A DNA stretch of 64,000 bases from an uncultured Gammaproteobacteria bacterium (GCA_964407865.1 CAYOXC010000001.1:203978-267977), one strand, 5' to 3'. Shown: positions 8,611 to 18,366, counted from the first letter of the stretch. The notes: generated by a model not told the origin, from the sequence alone. Numbers and translations are program-made.

Positions 8611-9048
8611 CTACATGTCCACAAGAATAACATCTAACACAGAAAGTCTGCGATTCAGGTGACCGCGGAAAGTTGAGGCCTGGTCTTCTACCCAGATCAA
8701 CTCGGAACTAACATGAGAAAGCTGATCTGGGTCACAGCGGTCGTTTGAACAAAGACTAACATCGTTCAGCTGATCAATCAGCCGATTAATACCGGAATAT
8801 TTTACACGACCCCCCCTCTTAATTCTGGCATCATGAATTTGAACGATGATATTTGCACACTCTGCTCCAATTACATCCAGCAATGCTACCAACTCACTGA
8901 AGCTATTCGCATAACCATTCAGTGAATCCTTGGCTTGACTGGTAAAACGACTTATTTCAGACACTGCTCTTTCCAGCTCAAACAATTTTTCTTTCTTGCC
9001 AATATGTTTCCCCCCTGATTTTTTTATCTTCTTTTTTTCTTTTTTCAT
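8611..9048 (-). CDS. hypothetical protein with a Lys-rich N-terminus; locally elevated GC
   Basis: ORF 8611..9144 trimmed to the start MKKEKKK, because the longer form overlaps tRNA-Gln. No recognisable family. Confidence 0.4.
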   Translation of the reverse strand: MKKEKKKIKKSGGKHIGKKEKLFELERAVSEISRFTSQAKDSLNGYANSFSELVALLDVIGAECANIIVQIHDARIKRGGRVKYSGINRLIDQLNDVSLCSNDRCDPDQLSHVSSELIWVEDQASTFRGHLNRRLSVLDVILVDM

Positions 9049-9105
9049 TTTTTGCCCTCCTTGTGTATTTTTTGTGAAAAAAAGAAAAGCGGCACGTGCC
9101 GCACG

Positions 9106-9176
9106 TTCCGGGGCTTGGAATCGAACCAAGATATAGAGCTTCAAAGGCTCTCGTCCTACCTTTAGACGACCCCGGA
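9106..9176 (-). tRNA. tRNA-Gln (anticodon TTG)
   Basis: Acceptor tccgggg/ccccgga, anticodon loop ctTTGaa, T-arm cttgg-ttcgatt-ccaag. Confidence 0.8.
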
Positions 9177-9179
9177 ATA

Positions 9180-10088
9180 CTAAACTTTTAGCTGTTTTCT
9201 CATGGCTAACAAGCTAGAAATCGTTGTCAGTCCTAAAACAGCCAAAGCTTGCACTCCGAACAGTGTGAGAATATTAGAATTATAATAATTTGTCAAGCTA
9301 AACTGGTTTGGAAATACTATCGCTAAATATGGATCAATCAGGTGCAAACCTAAATATATTATTAAAACAGTAATGCCAATACTTAAAATAGTAAAAATTA
9401 TCGATTCAACTACATAAGGCCCTCTTATAAACCAATTACTAGCGCCAACTAATCTCTTAATGCTTATTTCAATTCGATGGGTATAAATGGCCACTCGAAT
9501 GGTGTTAAAAATAATTAAAAATGAAATAATGGCAAACAACACAGACAAGCCAAAACCAAGTTTTTCAATTCTGTTAGTGATTGCCTGAATTTTTTCGATC
9601 CCCTCCTCGTGTCCTTCAAAACTTTTTGCTTCTATCATGTTTTCGTATTCAGGCACATCCAAAGCTGAAAGTACTTTTTTATAATCTTCCGGCTCTCTAG
9701 TTCTTATTATTAATGTCGGACCAAAAGGGTTGTCTCCAAGTTCATTAAGGGCTGACAAAACATCTTCGCTCAACTTGTGCCTTTCCTCAAATGACACTAA
9801 GACATCCTCGCGTGAAAGCATGTTAATTGAGGTTACTTCCGCAAACTGTCCGATATATTTTTTTAACTCACCAACTTCATTATCGGTGGTCTCAGGCTTA
9901 AAATATAGACTAACATTAATTTGACTTTTTACTAAACCTACTGCTTCCTTGGTAACAACATCAACCAGCCATAAAATATTCACTGACAAAAGCATTAAAA
10001 CTAAAATCAAGACAGTCATAAAAGACAGACCGATATTACGTCCGAGATCCTGAAGAGCGAATTTTAAAACTCTCCAAAAAGAATTCAT
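9180..10088 (-). CDS. ftsX: cell-division ABC transporter permease FtsX
   Basis: Four-TM FtsX-like topology with a periplasmic loop. Start/stop overlap with the upstream ftsE. Confidence 0.85.
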   Translation of the reverse strand: MNSFWRVLKFALQDLGRNIGLSFMTVLILVLMLLSVNILWLVDVVTKEAVGLVKSQINVSLYFKPETTDNEVGELKKYIGQFAEVTSINMLSREDVLVSFEERHKLSEDVLSALNELGDNPFGPTLIIRTREPEDYKKVLSALDVPEYENMIEAKSFEGHEEGIEKIQAITNRIEKLGFGLSVLFAIISFLIIFNTIRVAIYTHRIEISIKRLVGASNWFIRGPYVVESIIFTILSIGITVLIIYLGLHLIDPYLAIVFPNQFSLTNYYNSNILTLFGVQALAVLGLTTISSLLAMRKQLKV

Positions 10089-10765
10089 AAGCGATATTTT
10101 CCTTCTCGCTCATCTGAAACAATTTCACCGTTGCGCAAGGTAACAACACGTCGGCGTAAATCATTTACGATTTCGCGATTGTGAGTAGCTAAAAGCACAG
10201 TTGTCCCAAATTCATTAACCTTTTTTAAAATTTCAATAATTTCTATCGTATTTAAAGAATCTAGGTTACCTGTTGGTTCATCTGCAATCATAATTTTCGG
10301 ACGATGAGCGAGTGATCTGGCAATTGCGACTCGCTGTTGTTCGCCTCCAGACAATTGCAGAGGATATCTATGTACTTTATCTGCCAATCCCACAATATCA
10401 AGCACCTGAGGTACTACTTTTTTTATTCTATTCGACGGCTCACCGGCAACCTCAAGGGCAAATGAAACATTTTCATAAACAGTTTTTTTGTGCAGTAGTT
10501 TAAAATCCTGAAATATAACGCCAATCTGGCGGCGCAAAAACGGAATATCACTCGAACCGATATCGGTAATATCCCAATCACCTATCATAATACTGCCTTT
10601 TGTTGGTCTTTCCTCGGCTATTAATAACTTGACTAAAGTGGATTTACCAGTGCCGCTTTGGCCAACAATAGATAAAAACTCACCCGGCTCAACATACAGG
10701 TTTACATCGCGCAGACCGATTGAATCACGACTATATATTTTACTTACAGCTTCAAGTTTTATCAT
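10085..10765 (-). CDS. ftsE: cell-division ABC transporter ATPase FtsE
   Basis: Walker A GQSGTGKST, signature LSGGEQQRVAIARS, Walker [13 protein letters not shown]. Confidence 0.9.
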   Translation of the reverse strand: MIKLEAVSKIYSRDSIGLRDVNLYVEPGEFLSIVGQSGTGKSTLVKLLIAEERPTKGSIMIGDWDITDIGSSDIPFLRRQIGVIFQDFKLLHKKTVYENVSFALEVAGEPSNRIKKVVPQVLDIVGLADKVHRYPLQLSGGEQQRVAIARSLAHRPKIMIADEPTGNLDSLNTIEIIEILKKVNEFGTTVLLATHNREIVNDLRRRVVTLRNGEIVSDEREGKYRL

Positions 10766-10869
10766 AAAAATCCTGTTGTCATTATAACACTAAATTATAA
10801 TTAAACAAAACATTAAAACAACAAAATTGTGTATAAATTTTTAATAATACAACCAGTTTTTTTTATTTG

Positions 10870-10941
10870 AGCCGACCGCGGGACTTGAACCCGCAACCTA
10901 CGGTTTACGATACCGTTGCTCTACCGTTGAGCTAGGTCGGC
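10870..10941 (-). tRNA. tRNA-Thr (anticodon CGT)
   Basis: Acceptor gccgacc/ggtcggc, anticodon loop atCGTaa, T-arm gcggg-ttcaagt-cccgc. Confidence 0.8.
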
Positions 10942-11079
10942 GTAATACAGCTGAGTTTATCCCCTAACGACCCGCAAAGTCTGCTACTGGGGATATCTCG
11001 GCATGCTGAACAGGATAAGTAAAATATGAATAAGACGTTGCACATCTCTCCAGTGCAGATCGTCTAACCCGTCACCACG

Positions 11080-11150
11080 AGCGGACGATGGGAATCGAAC
11101 CCACGCCTCAACCTTGGGAAGGTCGCATACTACCATTATACTACGCCCGC
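11080..11150 (-). tRNA. tRNA-Gly (anticodon CCC)
   Basis: Acceptor gcgggcg/cgtccgc, anticodon loop ttCCCaa, T-arm gtggg-ttcgatt-cccat. Close to the canonical tRNA-Gly sequence. Confidence 0.8.
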
Positions 11151-11158
11151 TTAAAAAA

Positions 11159-11186
11159 GGCGGGTTGTATAACCCGCCCATTTTAT
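11159..11186. terminator. bidirectional hairpin terminator
   Basis: ggcgggtt-gtat-aacccgcc, flanked by an A-run and a T-run. Confidence 0.7.
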
Positions 11187-11188
11187 TA

Positions 11189-12226
11189 TTACTCTTGGTT
11201 CAGGCTTTGCTCAACCGGATTATTTATTTTATTTACATACCAGCTAATTTTTGCGCCACGAATTACCTTGTCTAAACTTTGCTCTAATGACGGAAATAGA
11301 AAAATGATATGCCGAGCACGAACTTGTTCAGTATCCACTTTTTTGCCTGACTCATCTTCAATTGGCTCAGTGCGCTTATCGTCGACTCTTATTATGTGAT
11401 AACCAAAAGGAGATTCAACAACTTCTTCACTTAGTTCGCCTTTTGCTAAAGCAAAAGCCGCTGTTTCAAACTGAGGCACCATATCCCCTTTTGAAAACCA
11501 ACCTAAATCTCCACCTTTTTCGGCCGTGCTATCCTCCCCGTATTTCTTTGCCATCTCTTCAAAATCCGCTCCATTTTTTATCTCTGTTAATAAAGCTTGA
11601 GCTTTATTTCTAGCCTCTGCTAATAAATCTGGATTTGTATCTAATTTCTCAGCCAAATTCTGCTGTAATAAAAATGGTCTAATTACTTTCTGTTCATAAG
11701 CTCTTAAAGTCCAACCATAACGATCAAGGAGTTCACTTTCGGCTTCTTCAGGAGAAGCAAACTGGTCTAACATCATTTGTTTTGTGGTTTCAATCTGTTC
11801 ATCTGTTACAGTAACACCGTATACTCGAGCTAATTCGTTTATAAATACATTATTTGCCAAACGCCAAACAACCTGGTCTGACATCTGTTCTTCTGTCAAA
11901 CTACCGGCCATCCCTCCCGCTTTTTTATCATATTCACTTAATCTATGAATAGCTTTTAGATCGCTTAAATATTCACTGTATAAAATAGTCTGCCCATCAA
12001 CCTTTGCTAAAGGCAGTCGAAGTACAGTTGAAACAAAACCAGTCACATTGTCTGTCGCTGCTTGAACATAAACACGCACCACGCCAAACACGGCAAAGGC
12101 AATTACAATTACCCCCAAAAATCCAGCTAAACCGATCAAAAACATTTGGGAATTACGCGACTCCTTGTCCCCTGATTTGCGGGATGATGTTTTTTCCTCC
12201 ATAGTGTTAGAATGTATATTTTCCAT
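11189..12226 (-). CDS. parvulin-type peptidyl-prolyl isomerase (PrsA/SurA-like foldase), membrane-anchored
   Basis: PpiC-type PPIase domain (RARHIIF...GGDLGWFSKGDMVPQFE...GYHIIRV). N-terminal TM segment. Confidence 0.75.
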   Translation of the reverse strand: MENIHSNTMEEKTSSRKSGDKESRNSQMFLIGLAGFLGVIVIAFAVFGVVRVYVQAATDNVTGFVSTVLRLPLAKVDGQTILYSEYLSDLKAIHRLSEYDKKAGGMAGSLTEEQMSDQVVWRLANNVFINELARVYGVTVTDEQIETTKQMMLDQFASPEEAESELLDRYGWTLRAYEQKVIRPFLLQQNLAEKLDTNPDLLAEARNKAQALLTEIKNGADFEEMAKKYGEDSTAEKGGDLGWFSKGDMVPQFETAAFALAKGELSEEVVESPFGYHIIRVDDKRTEPIEDESGKKVDTEQVRARHIIFLFPSLEQSLDKVIRGAKISWYVNKINNPVEQSLNQE

Positions 12227-12232
12227 AATAAA

Positions 12233-12634
12233 TTATTTGCCAATAAATAAATTCCACCATTTAATTGGATTGGAAAGCATGTTAGATTCTAGCATTTTAT
12301 CCTCGGGTTGTCCAACGCTTAAAACTTCTGAAGAATCGCCTTTAATGATTACCAGGCGCTCCCCTTCTTTTTGCATATTAAACTCAGTTCGTGCTTTTTC
12401 TTCAACAAATTCAGGAGATTGTACAAATTTTAAAATTTCTAAAGTCTCAATTTTCTTTGCTTCCAGTTCAGAAGCTTCATTTTTTAACCGGTTAACCTCT
12501 TCTCTAATCTGGTATTCTTGAAAATAAGAACGCAGAATTGCAAAACCAATAAAACATATTGCCAAAAAAACTATCATCAAAAACCAGCGCGAGATAAAAA
12601 AAGCGGTCCATTTATTTTCTTCTCTCTGAGCCAT
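12233..12634 (-). CDS. septum formation initiator (FtsB/DivIC-like)
   Basis: Single N-terminal TM segment followed by a coiled-coil (EVNRLKNEASELEAKKIETLE). Confidence 0.55.
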   Translation of the reverse strand: MAQREENKWTAFFISRWFLMIVFLAICFIGFAILRSYFQEYQIREEVNRLKNEASELEAKKIETLEILKFVQSPEFVEEKARTEFNMQKEGERLVIIKGDSSEVLSVGQPEDKMLESNMLSNPIKWWNLFIGK

Positions 12635-12643
12635 ATTAACAAT

Positions 12644-13288
12644 TTAAATATTTTCATCGTCCTTGCCAAGCCTATTATCTAGACGATTTTTTATTTCAAT
12701 GATATCTATTTCAGACAAACGCGGAATTGATTTATAAAAATGCTTCAGTAATATCTTTGTATTTTGAAAATCCCTGCTTTCACCGCTCTCTCGTGAGAGT
12801 TGCATAATCCACTCCAAAATAATTTGAGGATGTCGAACACTAGACAGAGATACGGCGTAATCTTCGCTTTCAGTATCTGCTACTAAATCTCCCAAACCAA
12901 ACAAGCGTGAATTAAAACCTCGACGTCTAATATGAACATCAACAATATTTTCATAATCAATTGAACTGACCGTATCGGAAAAAATACCGTGCCGTTCAAC
13001 ATCAATCAAGCGTTCGTTTGTTAAAATCCAATAATTTGCATTACGACGATTTCTAGCATCTATCAAAAGTGCCAGAGAAGCAACAATACTGGTAGAAGCA
13101 ACAATTAACCCATACAAGCCCTGTCGAATGAGCCAAAAAGAGAAGAAAGAAAGAGTAAACAAGATTAATAACACCAAGACATGATGCCAAAAAAATTTAA
13201 ACATTGACGGCTTAACGATCTCAATAACATTTTCTTTGTCACGCCATTGAATTTTTTTATTTAGCGACATACACACTCCTGTAACCAT
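12644..13288 (-). CDS. membrane protein with a bacterial PH-like (bPH_2/YdbT-like) domain
   Basis: Two TM segments followed by a PH-like domain (YWILTNERLIDVER...). Confidence 0.45.
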   Translation of the reverse strand: MVTGVCMSLNKKIQWRDKENVIEIVKPSMFKFFWHHVLVLLILFTLSFFSFWLIRQGLYGLIVASTSIVASLALLIDARNRRNANYWILTNERLIDVERHGIFSDTVSSIDYENIVDVHIRRRGFNSRLFGLGDLVADTESEDYAVSLSSVRHPQIILEWIMQLSRESGESRDFQNTKILLKHFYKSIPRLSEIDIIEIKNRLDNRLGKDDENI

Positions 13289-14582
13289 TTTTGTTTAAAA
13301 TCTCTCTGGCGACCTGACGATCGTCCCATGGAATCTTTTTTCCCTTAGCGACAATGCACGGTTCTGTTCCTTTGGCTGTTATAGCTGCCACGTCTCCAGC
13401 CTCTAGTAAGCTAATCGCTTTTTCAATACCCTTACGACGATCGACTTCAATAAAGAGATTTTTATTGTCAATCTTGCCGGCTTGCCGCGCCCCAAACGCC
13501 AACATCTCTGCGATTTCAGTCGGATCTTCATCAAAACAATTAACATCAGTGATTATTACAACATCGCATAAACGCCCGGCAATTTCGCCCATTAAACTGC
13601 GCTTACCTTTATCCCGACCGCCTCCATCAGAGCCGATTACTCCTAAAACTTTGTGTTCTTGCCCAACTATCTTACGTAAACTAGAAAATAATTCTTTCAA
13701 ACTCATCGGTTCGTGGGCGTAATCAACAACAACCTTAAATGGTTGTCCTTCATTTATAAATTCCATTCTTCCCTCGATTGATTTAACCGATGATATGCCG
13801 TTAGCTAACATTTCATCCTCTATTCCTTGCGACCGAGCAACGGCTATTGCGGCTAATGCATTGTAGCCGTTAAATGAGCCAGGAATTTTTACAGAAAAAA
13901 TCTTACCGCCAGCCAATTTTATATCAAAACCATTTTCTGTTTCGCCTTCAATCTGTGCTGTTATTAATTTAGTATGCTGTGGCGCAGCGATATTTTTAAA
14001 ACAATATACCCATTTTTCATCTGATTTATTGTTTAAAAAATACTGAAAATTTTCATCATCACCATTAGCAATGATTATCTTTTTTACTTCCTTATTGTCA
14101 ATTATTTTATTTTTTCTTTTGCTTAGGCCGGTAAATATCTTTGCCTTATCACGACGTAAATTTGCGAAACCTCCGTGACGCTCTGAATGTTCTGAACCTA
14201 AATTTGTAAAAACGCATATATCATAATCAATACCAACATGTCTGTGTTGCAAGATTCCTTCTGAAGAAGTTTCAATTACTGCATAACGACAACCAGCTTC
14301 AACCATCTTTTTTAACATTGACTGAATATGACCGCGTCCAAGCATGGTCATTTTTTGTCGATTTAACTCTCGCTTGTCTGCAATTTGAAATTCAACTGTT
14401 GAAAGCAGTCCGACTTTATGACCTCCAGCTTGGAGCGCTGAAGCAACAAACCGGCAGGTCGATGACTTTCCTTTTGTCCCTGTAACACCGACTACAATTA
14501 ATTCTTTTGAGGGACAACCATTTATCCATGCTGAAAAAACAGCAATAAAATAATGGTAAAAACTCTTTAAAATTTTCATCAT
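13257..14582 (-). CDS. Mur ligase family protein (MurE-like)
   Basis: VVGVTGTKGKSST P-loop and VVVDYAHEP (MurE-type DYAHxP) motifs. 441 aa. Confidence 0.65.
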   Translation of the reverse strand: MMKILKSFYHYFIAVFSAWINGCPSKELIVVGVTGTKGKSSTCRFVASALQAGGHKVGLLSTVEFQIADKRELNRQKMTMLGRGHIQSMLKKMVEAGCRYAVIETSSEGILQHRHVGIDYDICVFTNLGSEHSERHGGFANLRRDKAKIFTGLSKRKNKIIDNKEVKKIIIANGDDENFQYFLNNKSDEKWVYCFKNIAAPQHTKLITAQIEGETENGFDIKLAGGKIFSVKIPGSFNGYNALAAIAVARSQGIEDEMLANGISSVKSIEGRMEFINEGQPFKVVVDYAHEPMSLKELFSSLRKIVGQEHKVLGVIGSDGGGRDKGKRSLMGEIAGRLCDVVIITDVNCFDEDPTEIAEMLAFGARQAGKIDNKNLFIEVDRRKGIEKAISLLEAGDVAAITAKGTEPCIVAKGKKIPWDDRQVAREILNKNGYRSVYVAK

Positions 14583-15154
14583 AACCCTTTTAAGCTAACC
14601 TCATAGACAACCTGCTCTAACTTATGGAGAGCTTGCTTTGCCTGGTCAAATTTCTGACGACTATATCCTGTCAAATTCATGTCGACTAATTCAACAATTA
14701 TCATCTCGGCAATATCATGACATTTTTTAACTTTATCAAAATTCTTTTCTGTCGCAGATTTGATTGCATATCTTAAAAGCTCTCCCGGCACATCACACAA
14801 CCCGGTGATATAAATGTCCGCTTCAACCTCCGGGTCTTTAAAACCGCCAACTTTTTCATCCTTTAGACACTGTCTAAAAATAGCAGCCTCAGTATATTCT
14901 TCTAAAGCCGCACGATAAGACCCTTCGTTTTTTAGCTTATTGTCATTCTTGATTATATTGTCCGCTTCTTTAAATCTTTCCACAGCTTCTTGCAACAAAT
15001 TATCGCCTCCTTCAAAATCATCCCGCTGAAAGGCAAAAATAGCCTTTTTTGACTGCTGTTCAATGTCACCCGACAACTTTATCAGTTCTCGCCTATAATT
15101 TGAGTAATTTAATAATTTTTCGCGAATTTTAGAAAAAAATGTCTTATCCAACAT
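14579..15154 (-). CDS. hypothetical protein, translin-like
   Basis: Weak resemblance to the translin fold pattern (AIFAFQRDDFEGG... / GLCDVPGELLRYAI). Confidence 0.35.
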   Translation of the reverse strand: MLDKTFFSKIREKLLNYSNYRRELIKLSGDIEQQSKKAIFAFQRDDFEGGDNLLQEAVERFKEADNIIKNDNKLKNEGSYRAALEEYTEAAIFRQCLKDEKVGGFKDPEVEADIYITGLCDVPGELLRYAIKSATEKNFDKVKKCHDIAEMIIVELVDMNLTGYSRQKFDQAKQALHKLEQVVYEVSLKGL

Positions 15155-15314
15155 ATTTAAAAATGAGCTTTATTATAAGCTTGATACAAATTACTTGATT
15201 TTTTTACAAGAATAGTGTACCATTTGGCAGGTAAAATGTCTATTGACCAATCCATTGACGAAGATATAAAATTTAATACTAGCGTCACAAATTACTAATT
15301 ACAAACTACTAATC

Positions 15315-15387
15315 GGTCCGGTAGCTCAGCTGGTAGAGCAGTTCCCTTTTAAGGAAAAGGTCCTGGGTTCGAATCCCAGCCGGATCA
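15315..15387 (+). tRNA. tRNA-Lys (anticodon TTT)
   Basis: Acceptor ggtccgg/ccggatc, D-arm gctc-agctggta-gagc, anticodon loop ctTTTaa, T-arm ctggg-ttcgaat-cccag. Confidence 0.85.
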
Positions 15388-15449
15388 CAAAATAAAACAC
15401 TCTCGTTTTGCGAGGGTATTTTATTTAGAGAGTCGGTTTGGTGAGAACC
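15371..15449 (+). repeat. 79-bp direct repeat, copy 1 (tRNA-Lys T-loop to 3' end plus downstream terminator)
   Basis: 78 of 79 bases identical to 15550-15628. Confidence 0.85.
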
Positions 15450-15549
15450 CACAAAGGATGTATGTTCAAGAGTTATTTGTCTAAAAGTGATATACGTTGA
15501 TTTGCAGATTTGACCTCGGGAGGTTTTCCTCAAGGGGGCTTGCCCCATC

Positions 15550-15628
15550 GAATCCCAGCCGGATCACAAAATAAAATACTCTCGTTTTGCGAGGGTATTT
15601 TATTTAGAGAGTCGGTTTGGTGAGAACC
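15550..15628 (+). repeat. 79-bp direct repeat, copy 2 (att-like duplication of the tRNA-Lys 3' part)
   Basis: gaatcccagccggatcacaaaataaaatactctcgttttgcgagggtattttatttagagagtcggtttggtgagaacc. Confidence 0.85.
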
Positions 15629-15658
15629 AATAAAGGACTAATTTATTGTCAGAATAAA

Positions 15659-16816
15659 CTAATCGGCTTGTTGCCTTGTTTTTTTATAATAAGTAACAGC
15701 AAGGATAGTCGAAATTGGCATGGCTAATGCTACACCGATACTTCCGACTAAAGTCCGTACGATCTCTGTGGCAATTAACTCGTTGTTTATAACTTGACCG
15801 AAAGAAACAGTACCCGTTGGATTTATGTAAAAAAGCAACAATAAAGGCAGGCTAGCTCCAGTGTAAGTCAAGAAAAGTGTGTTTACTATTGCACCCAAAT
15901 GAGTATTACCAACTTCATAAGCAGATTTAAACACTTCCCTCTTGGACAAATTCGGATTGGCTAAACTAATTTGTTTCACTGATTCAACTTGTCCAACAAT
16001 AATATCGTCCAAAACACCGACTGCACCGATTAATATTCCAGCCAGTAGGAGCCCCTTAAAATCTATCAGACCTCCGCTTGAACCCAACAAAAACACCGCT
16101 TCTTCTTCCGCGAGACCGGTTAACCTGGTCAGATAAGTAAAAATTGAGGATAAACAGAATATTATTATTAATGCTAAAAAAACACTGGCGATAGAAATAT
16201 GAGATTTTTTATTCCATCCTTCAGTTATATATATAATCACCGCCATTATTATCAATGAACCTAAAACACCTGCCACAATCGGACTGCTTCCATTCAATAT
16301 GTTGGGAACAATAAATTTTACAATAACAATAAAACTGACAACAAGACTCAATAACGCCTTAAACCCTTTCTTTTTACCAATAATGACAATAACTAATACA
16401 AAAATCGCAGCCAGCCAAAACAAATATCCTGTACGCACTAAATCAATTATATAATAATCAATTTGTCCATCAATATTTTTTACTTCGCTGACTAAAACAG
16501 TATCGCCGACACGATAATTATTCGCACCAGCCATATCAATATCAGAAATTCCATAAAATGTAACCTCCTTATTGCGCCACTCTTTTTCAAAACCACGTAA
16601 AAGTAAATTTTGCTGTAATGCTGTTGAACCGTCTGCTCGTTCAATATTTTTCTCCTCGAGTACCTTTATCACCCCGGCTTTAAAAATCTTTTCTTCATAA
16701 TTCAAATCATCTACTTCCTCTTGAGCGATCGATGAAGCAGGAAACAGTAAAGCGATGAAAAATATAATGATTATTGTTTTGTTGAGCATTTTAATAATTA
16801 TCCAAACATCAACCAC
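15659..16816 (-). CDS. YibE/F-family membrane protein
   Basis: Signal peptide or TM segment, a periplasmic domain, and a polytopic C-terminal half typical of YibE/F. Confidence 0.7.
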   Translation of the reverse strand: MVDVWIIIKMLNKTIIIIFFIALLFPASSIAQEEVDDLNYEEKIFKAGVIKVLEEKNIERADGSTALQQNLLLRGFEKEWRNKEVTFYGISDIDMAGANNYRVGDTVLVSEVKNIDGQIDYYIIDLVRTGYLFWLAAIFVLVIVIIGKKKGFKALLSLVVSFIVIVKFIVPNILNGSSPIVAGVLGSLIIMAVIIYITEGWNKKSHISIASVFLALIIIFCLSSIFTYLTRLTGLAEEEAVFLLGSSGGLIDFKGLLLAGILIGAVGVLDDIIVGQVESVKQISLANPNLSKREVFKSAYEVGNTHLGAIVNTLFLTYTGASLPLLLLFYINPTGTVSFGQVINNELIATEIVRTLVGSIGVALAMPISTILAVTYYKKTRQQAD

Positions 16817-18006
16817 TCGGGCTTGAAAATTAGAAGCGCGCCTATGATAAGCATTAATAATCCGCCGATAAGCTTGGAGTAACGCGAGTATTTTGTAGAA
16901 ATGCCGGTTATTTGAAGTGTTAGCATGGCTATGATAAATATTATAAGATCGTCAATCATGAAAAACAGAATATACAATAGAATATACAAATAATATTGTA
17001 TGTCGCTTAAATTATTAATTGCTAGTATTTGAGTATATACCGCAGGCAAACCAGCACTACAAACTAACTCAACTAAATTTACGGCGAAAGCCAGTAATAT
17101 AATTCCAAAAAAAGCAATGATTAAACTCTTTTCATGTGACAGTTCCTTTAATTTAGAAAATACTTTCTGTCTTTTTTCTGTATTAGTCACTTCGCAGGTA
17201 TCAGACTTTTTTAAAAAATAATTTTTTAAATTAAAAATACCAGCAAATAATGCCACTGCCCCTATTAATAAACGCACCCAGATTACAAATCCAATAAACA
17301 AGATCAGATTCAACCATGCCGCCATAAAAGTAAAATAAACAAGAGCTGACGCAATAATGAAAGTTGTACCCAAAAACCACATGCGCTTTTTATTTTCCAT
17401 GCCTAACAACAAGCTAATCAAAAATAAAAGCGTCCACATTGCGCACGGATTAAAACCGTCCAATATGCCAATTAAAATAGTAACTAACGGCAATGATACT
17501 GTTAGTGTATCAACCTCACCAATTATGGGTAATTTAATAATTTTTTTTGTCGTCTCATTGCTTTCGTCTGGATCATTTGTTTCATTATCAGATGGTGGCA
17601 CCTCATTCACATTGTTTATAACAGAATTAACACTATCTGGACATGCATTGGTGTGACAATATTCGATTCTTTCTGAAATTTGATTCGGCGTGATTGTTTC
17701 GTTATAACCAATAAAATATTTGTCACCAACCACAGTAAAAGGCACACCATCAACCCGAGCGTTGAGAATTTTGGCGACTTCCCTTAACACTTCACCATTG
17801 GATGAATTTTTATATATTTCAAAATCAATTACATTAATGTACGGATATTTATTTTTGTAAAAATCTAAAAGTTCTTCTTCCTTGGCGCAATGAGGACAAC
17901 CATCGCCCCAAAAAAAATAGACATTGACATCGTCTATGGCAAAAACAAGCTTTGGAAGAAACAAAAAACTTGCGACAAAAAATAAGAATAAAATTCGAAA
18001 TTTCAT
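16798..18006 (-). CDS. thioredoxin/glutaredoxin-like domain fused to a CcdA/DsbD-type transmembrane thiol-disulfide transporter domain
   Basis: N-terminal GCPHCAKEEELL thioredoxin-like motif. C-terminal LGILDGFNPCAMWTL CcdA/DsbD-like TM domain. Confidence 0.7.
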   Translation of the reverse strand: MKFRILFLFFVASFLFLPKLVFAIDDVNVYFFWGDGCPHCAKEEELLDFYKNKYPYINVIDFEIYKNSSNGEVLREVAKILNARVDGVPFTVVGDKYFIGYNETITPNQISERIEYCHTNACPDSVNSVINNVNEVPPSDNETNDPDESNETTKKIIKLPIIGEVDTLTVSLPLVTILIGILDGFNPCAMWTLLFLISLLLGMENKKRMWFLGTTFIIASALVYFTFMAAWLNLILFIGFVIWVRLLIGAVALFAGIFNLKNYFLKKSDTCEVTNTEKRQKVFSKLKELSHEKSLIIAFFGIILLAFAVNLVELVCSAGLPAVYTQILAINNLSDIQYYLYILLYILFFMIDDLIIFIIAMLTLQITGISTKYSRYSKLIGGLLMLIIGALLIFKPEWLMFG

Positions 18007-18177
18007 GAAAATTTATGAGAAAATTTAATTGATGTATAATATATTTTATAATATTAACCTATGATTTGGCAATATGGATATAAAACCGAATCATATTACG
18101 ACTTTGATAGGCAATATATTTCGACAAACAATCTTATACAACCTTGGTGATTTTTATTACACTTTCAAGACCAGCAA

Positions 18178-18210
18178 AAAACCGCTTGAATATTTACAAG
18201 CGGTTTTCAG
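18178..18210 (-). terminator. hairpin terminator downstream of the small acidic ORF
   Basis: aaaaaccgcttg-aatatttac-aagcggtttt. Confidence 0.6.
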
Positions 18211-18225
18211 TAATCAATTTGATTA

Positions 18226-18366
18226 TTAAGCCTGAGAATCTTCTTCAACAGGAGCTTCTTCAACAGGAGCTTCTTCAGCGCCGGTTTCTGGCATAGTAGC
18301 GCCAGTATCTTCTGTAGGAGTGGTAGGGGTTGTATCTTCGTCCCCGTCAAAGTTGTTGTACATCAT
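18226..18366 (-). CDS. small, highly acidic 46-aa ORF (MMYNNFDGDEDTTPTTPTEDTGATMPETGAEEAPVEEAPVEEDSQA)
   Basis: Not in the ORF track because it is under 60 aa. It has its own downstream terminator and an upstream palindrome. Local GC is above the surrounding sequence. Confidence 0.3.
   Translation of the reverse strand: MMYNNFDGDEDTTPTTPTEDTGATMPETGAEEAPVEEAPVEEDSQA

Noticed and set aside
9048-9144. Extended N-terminus of ORF 8611..9144
   Set aside because: The extension overlaps tRNA-Gln (9106-9176). The internal Met at 9048 gives a non-overlapping gene.
10984-11399. ORFs 10984..11181 (-) and 11088..11399 (+)
   Set aside because: They overlap tRNA-Gly, the inter-tRNA spacer and the antisense strand of the PPIase gene.
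15309-15548. 79-aa minus-strand ORF
   Set aside because: It lies entirely over tRNA-Lys and its direct repeat.
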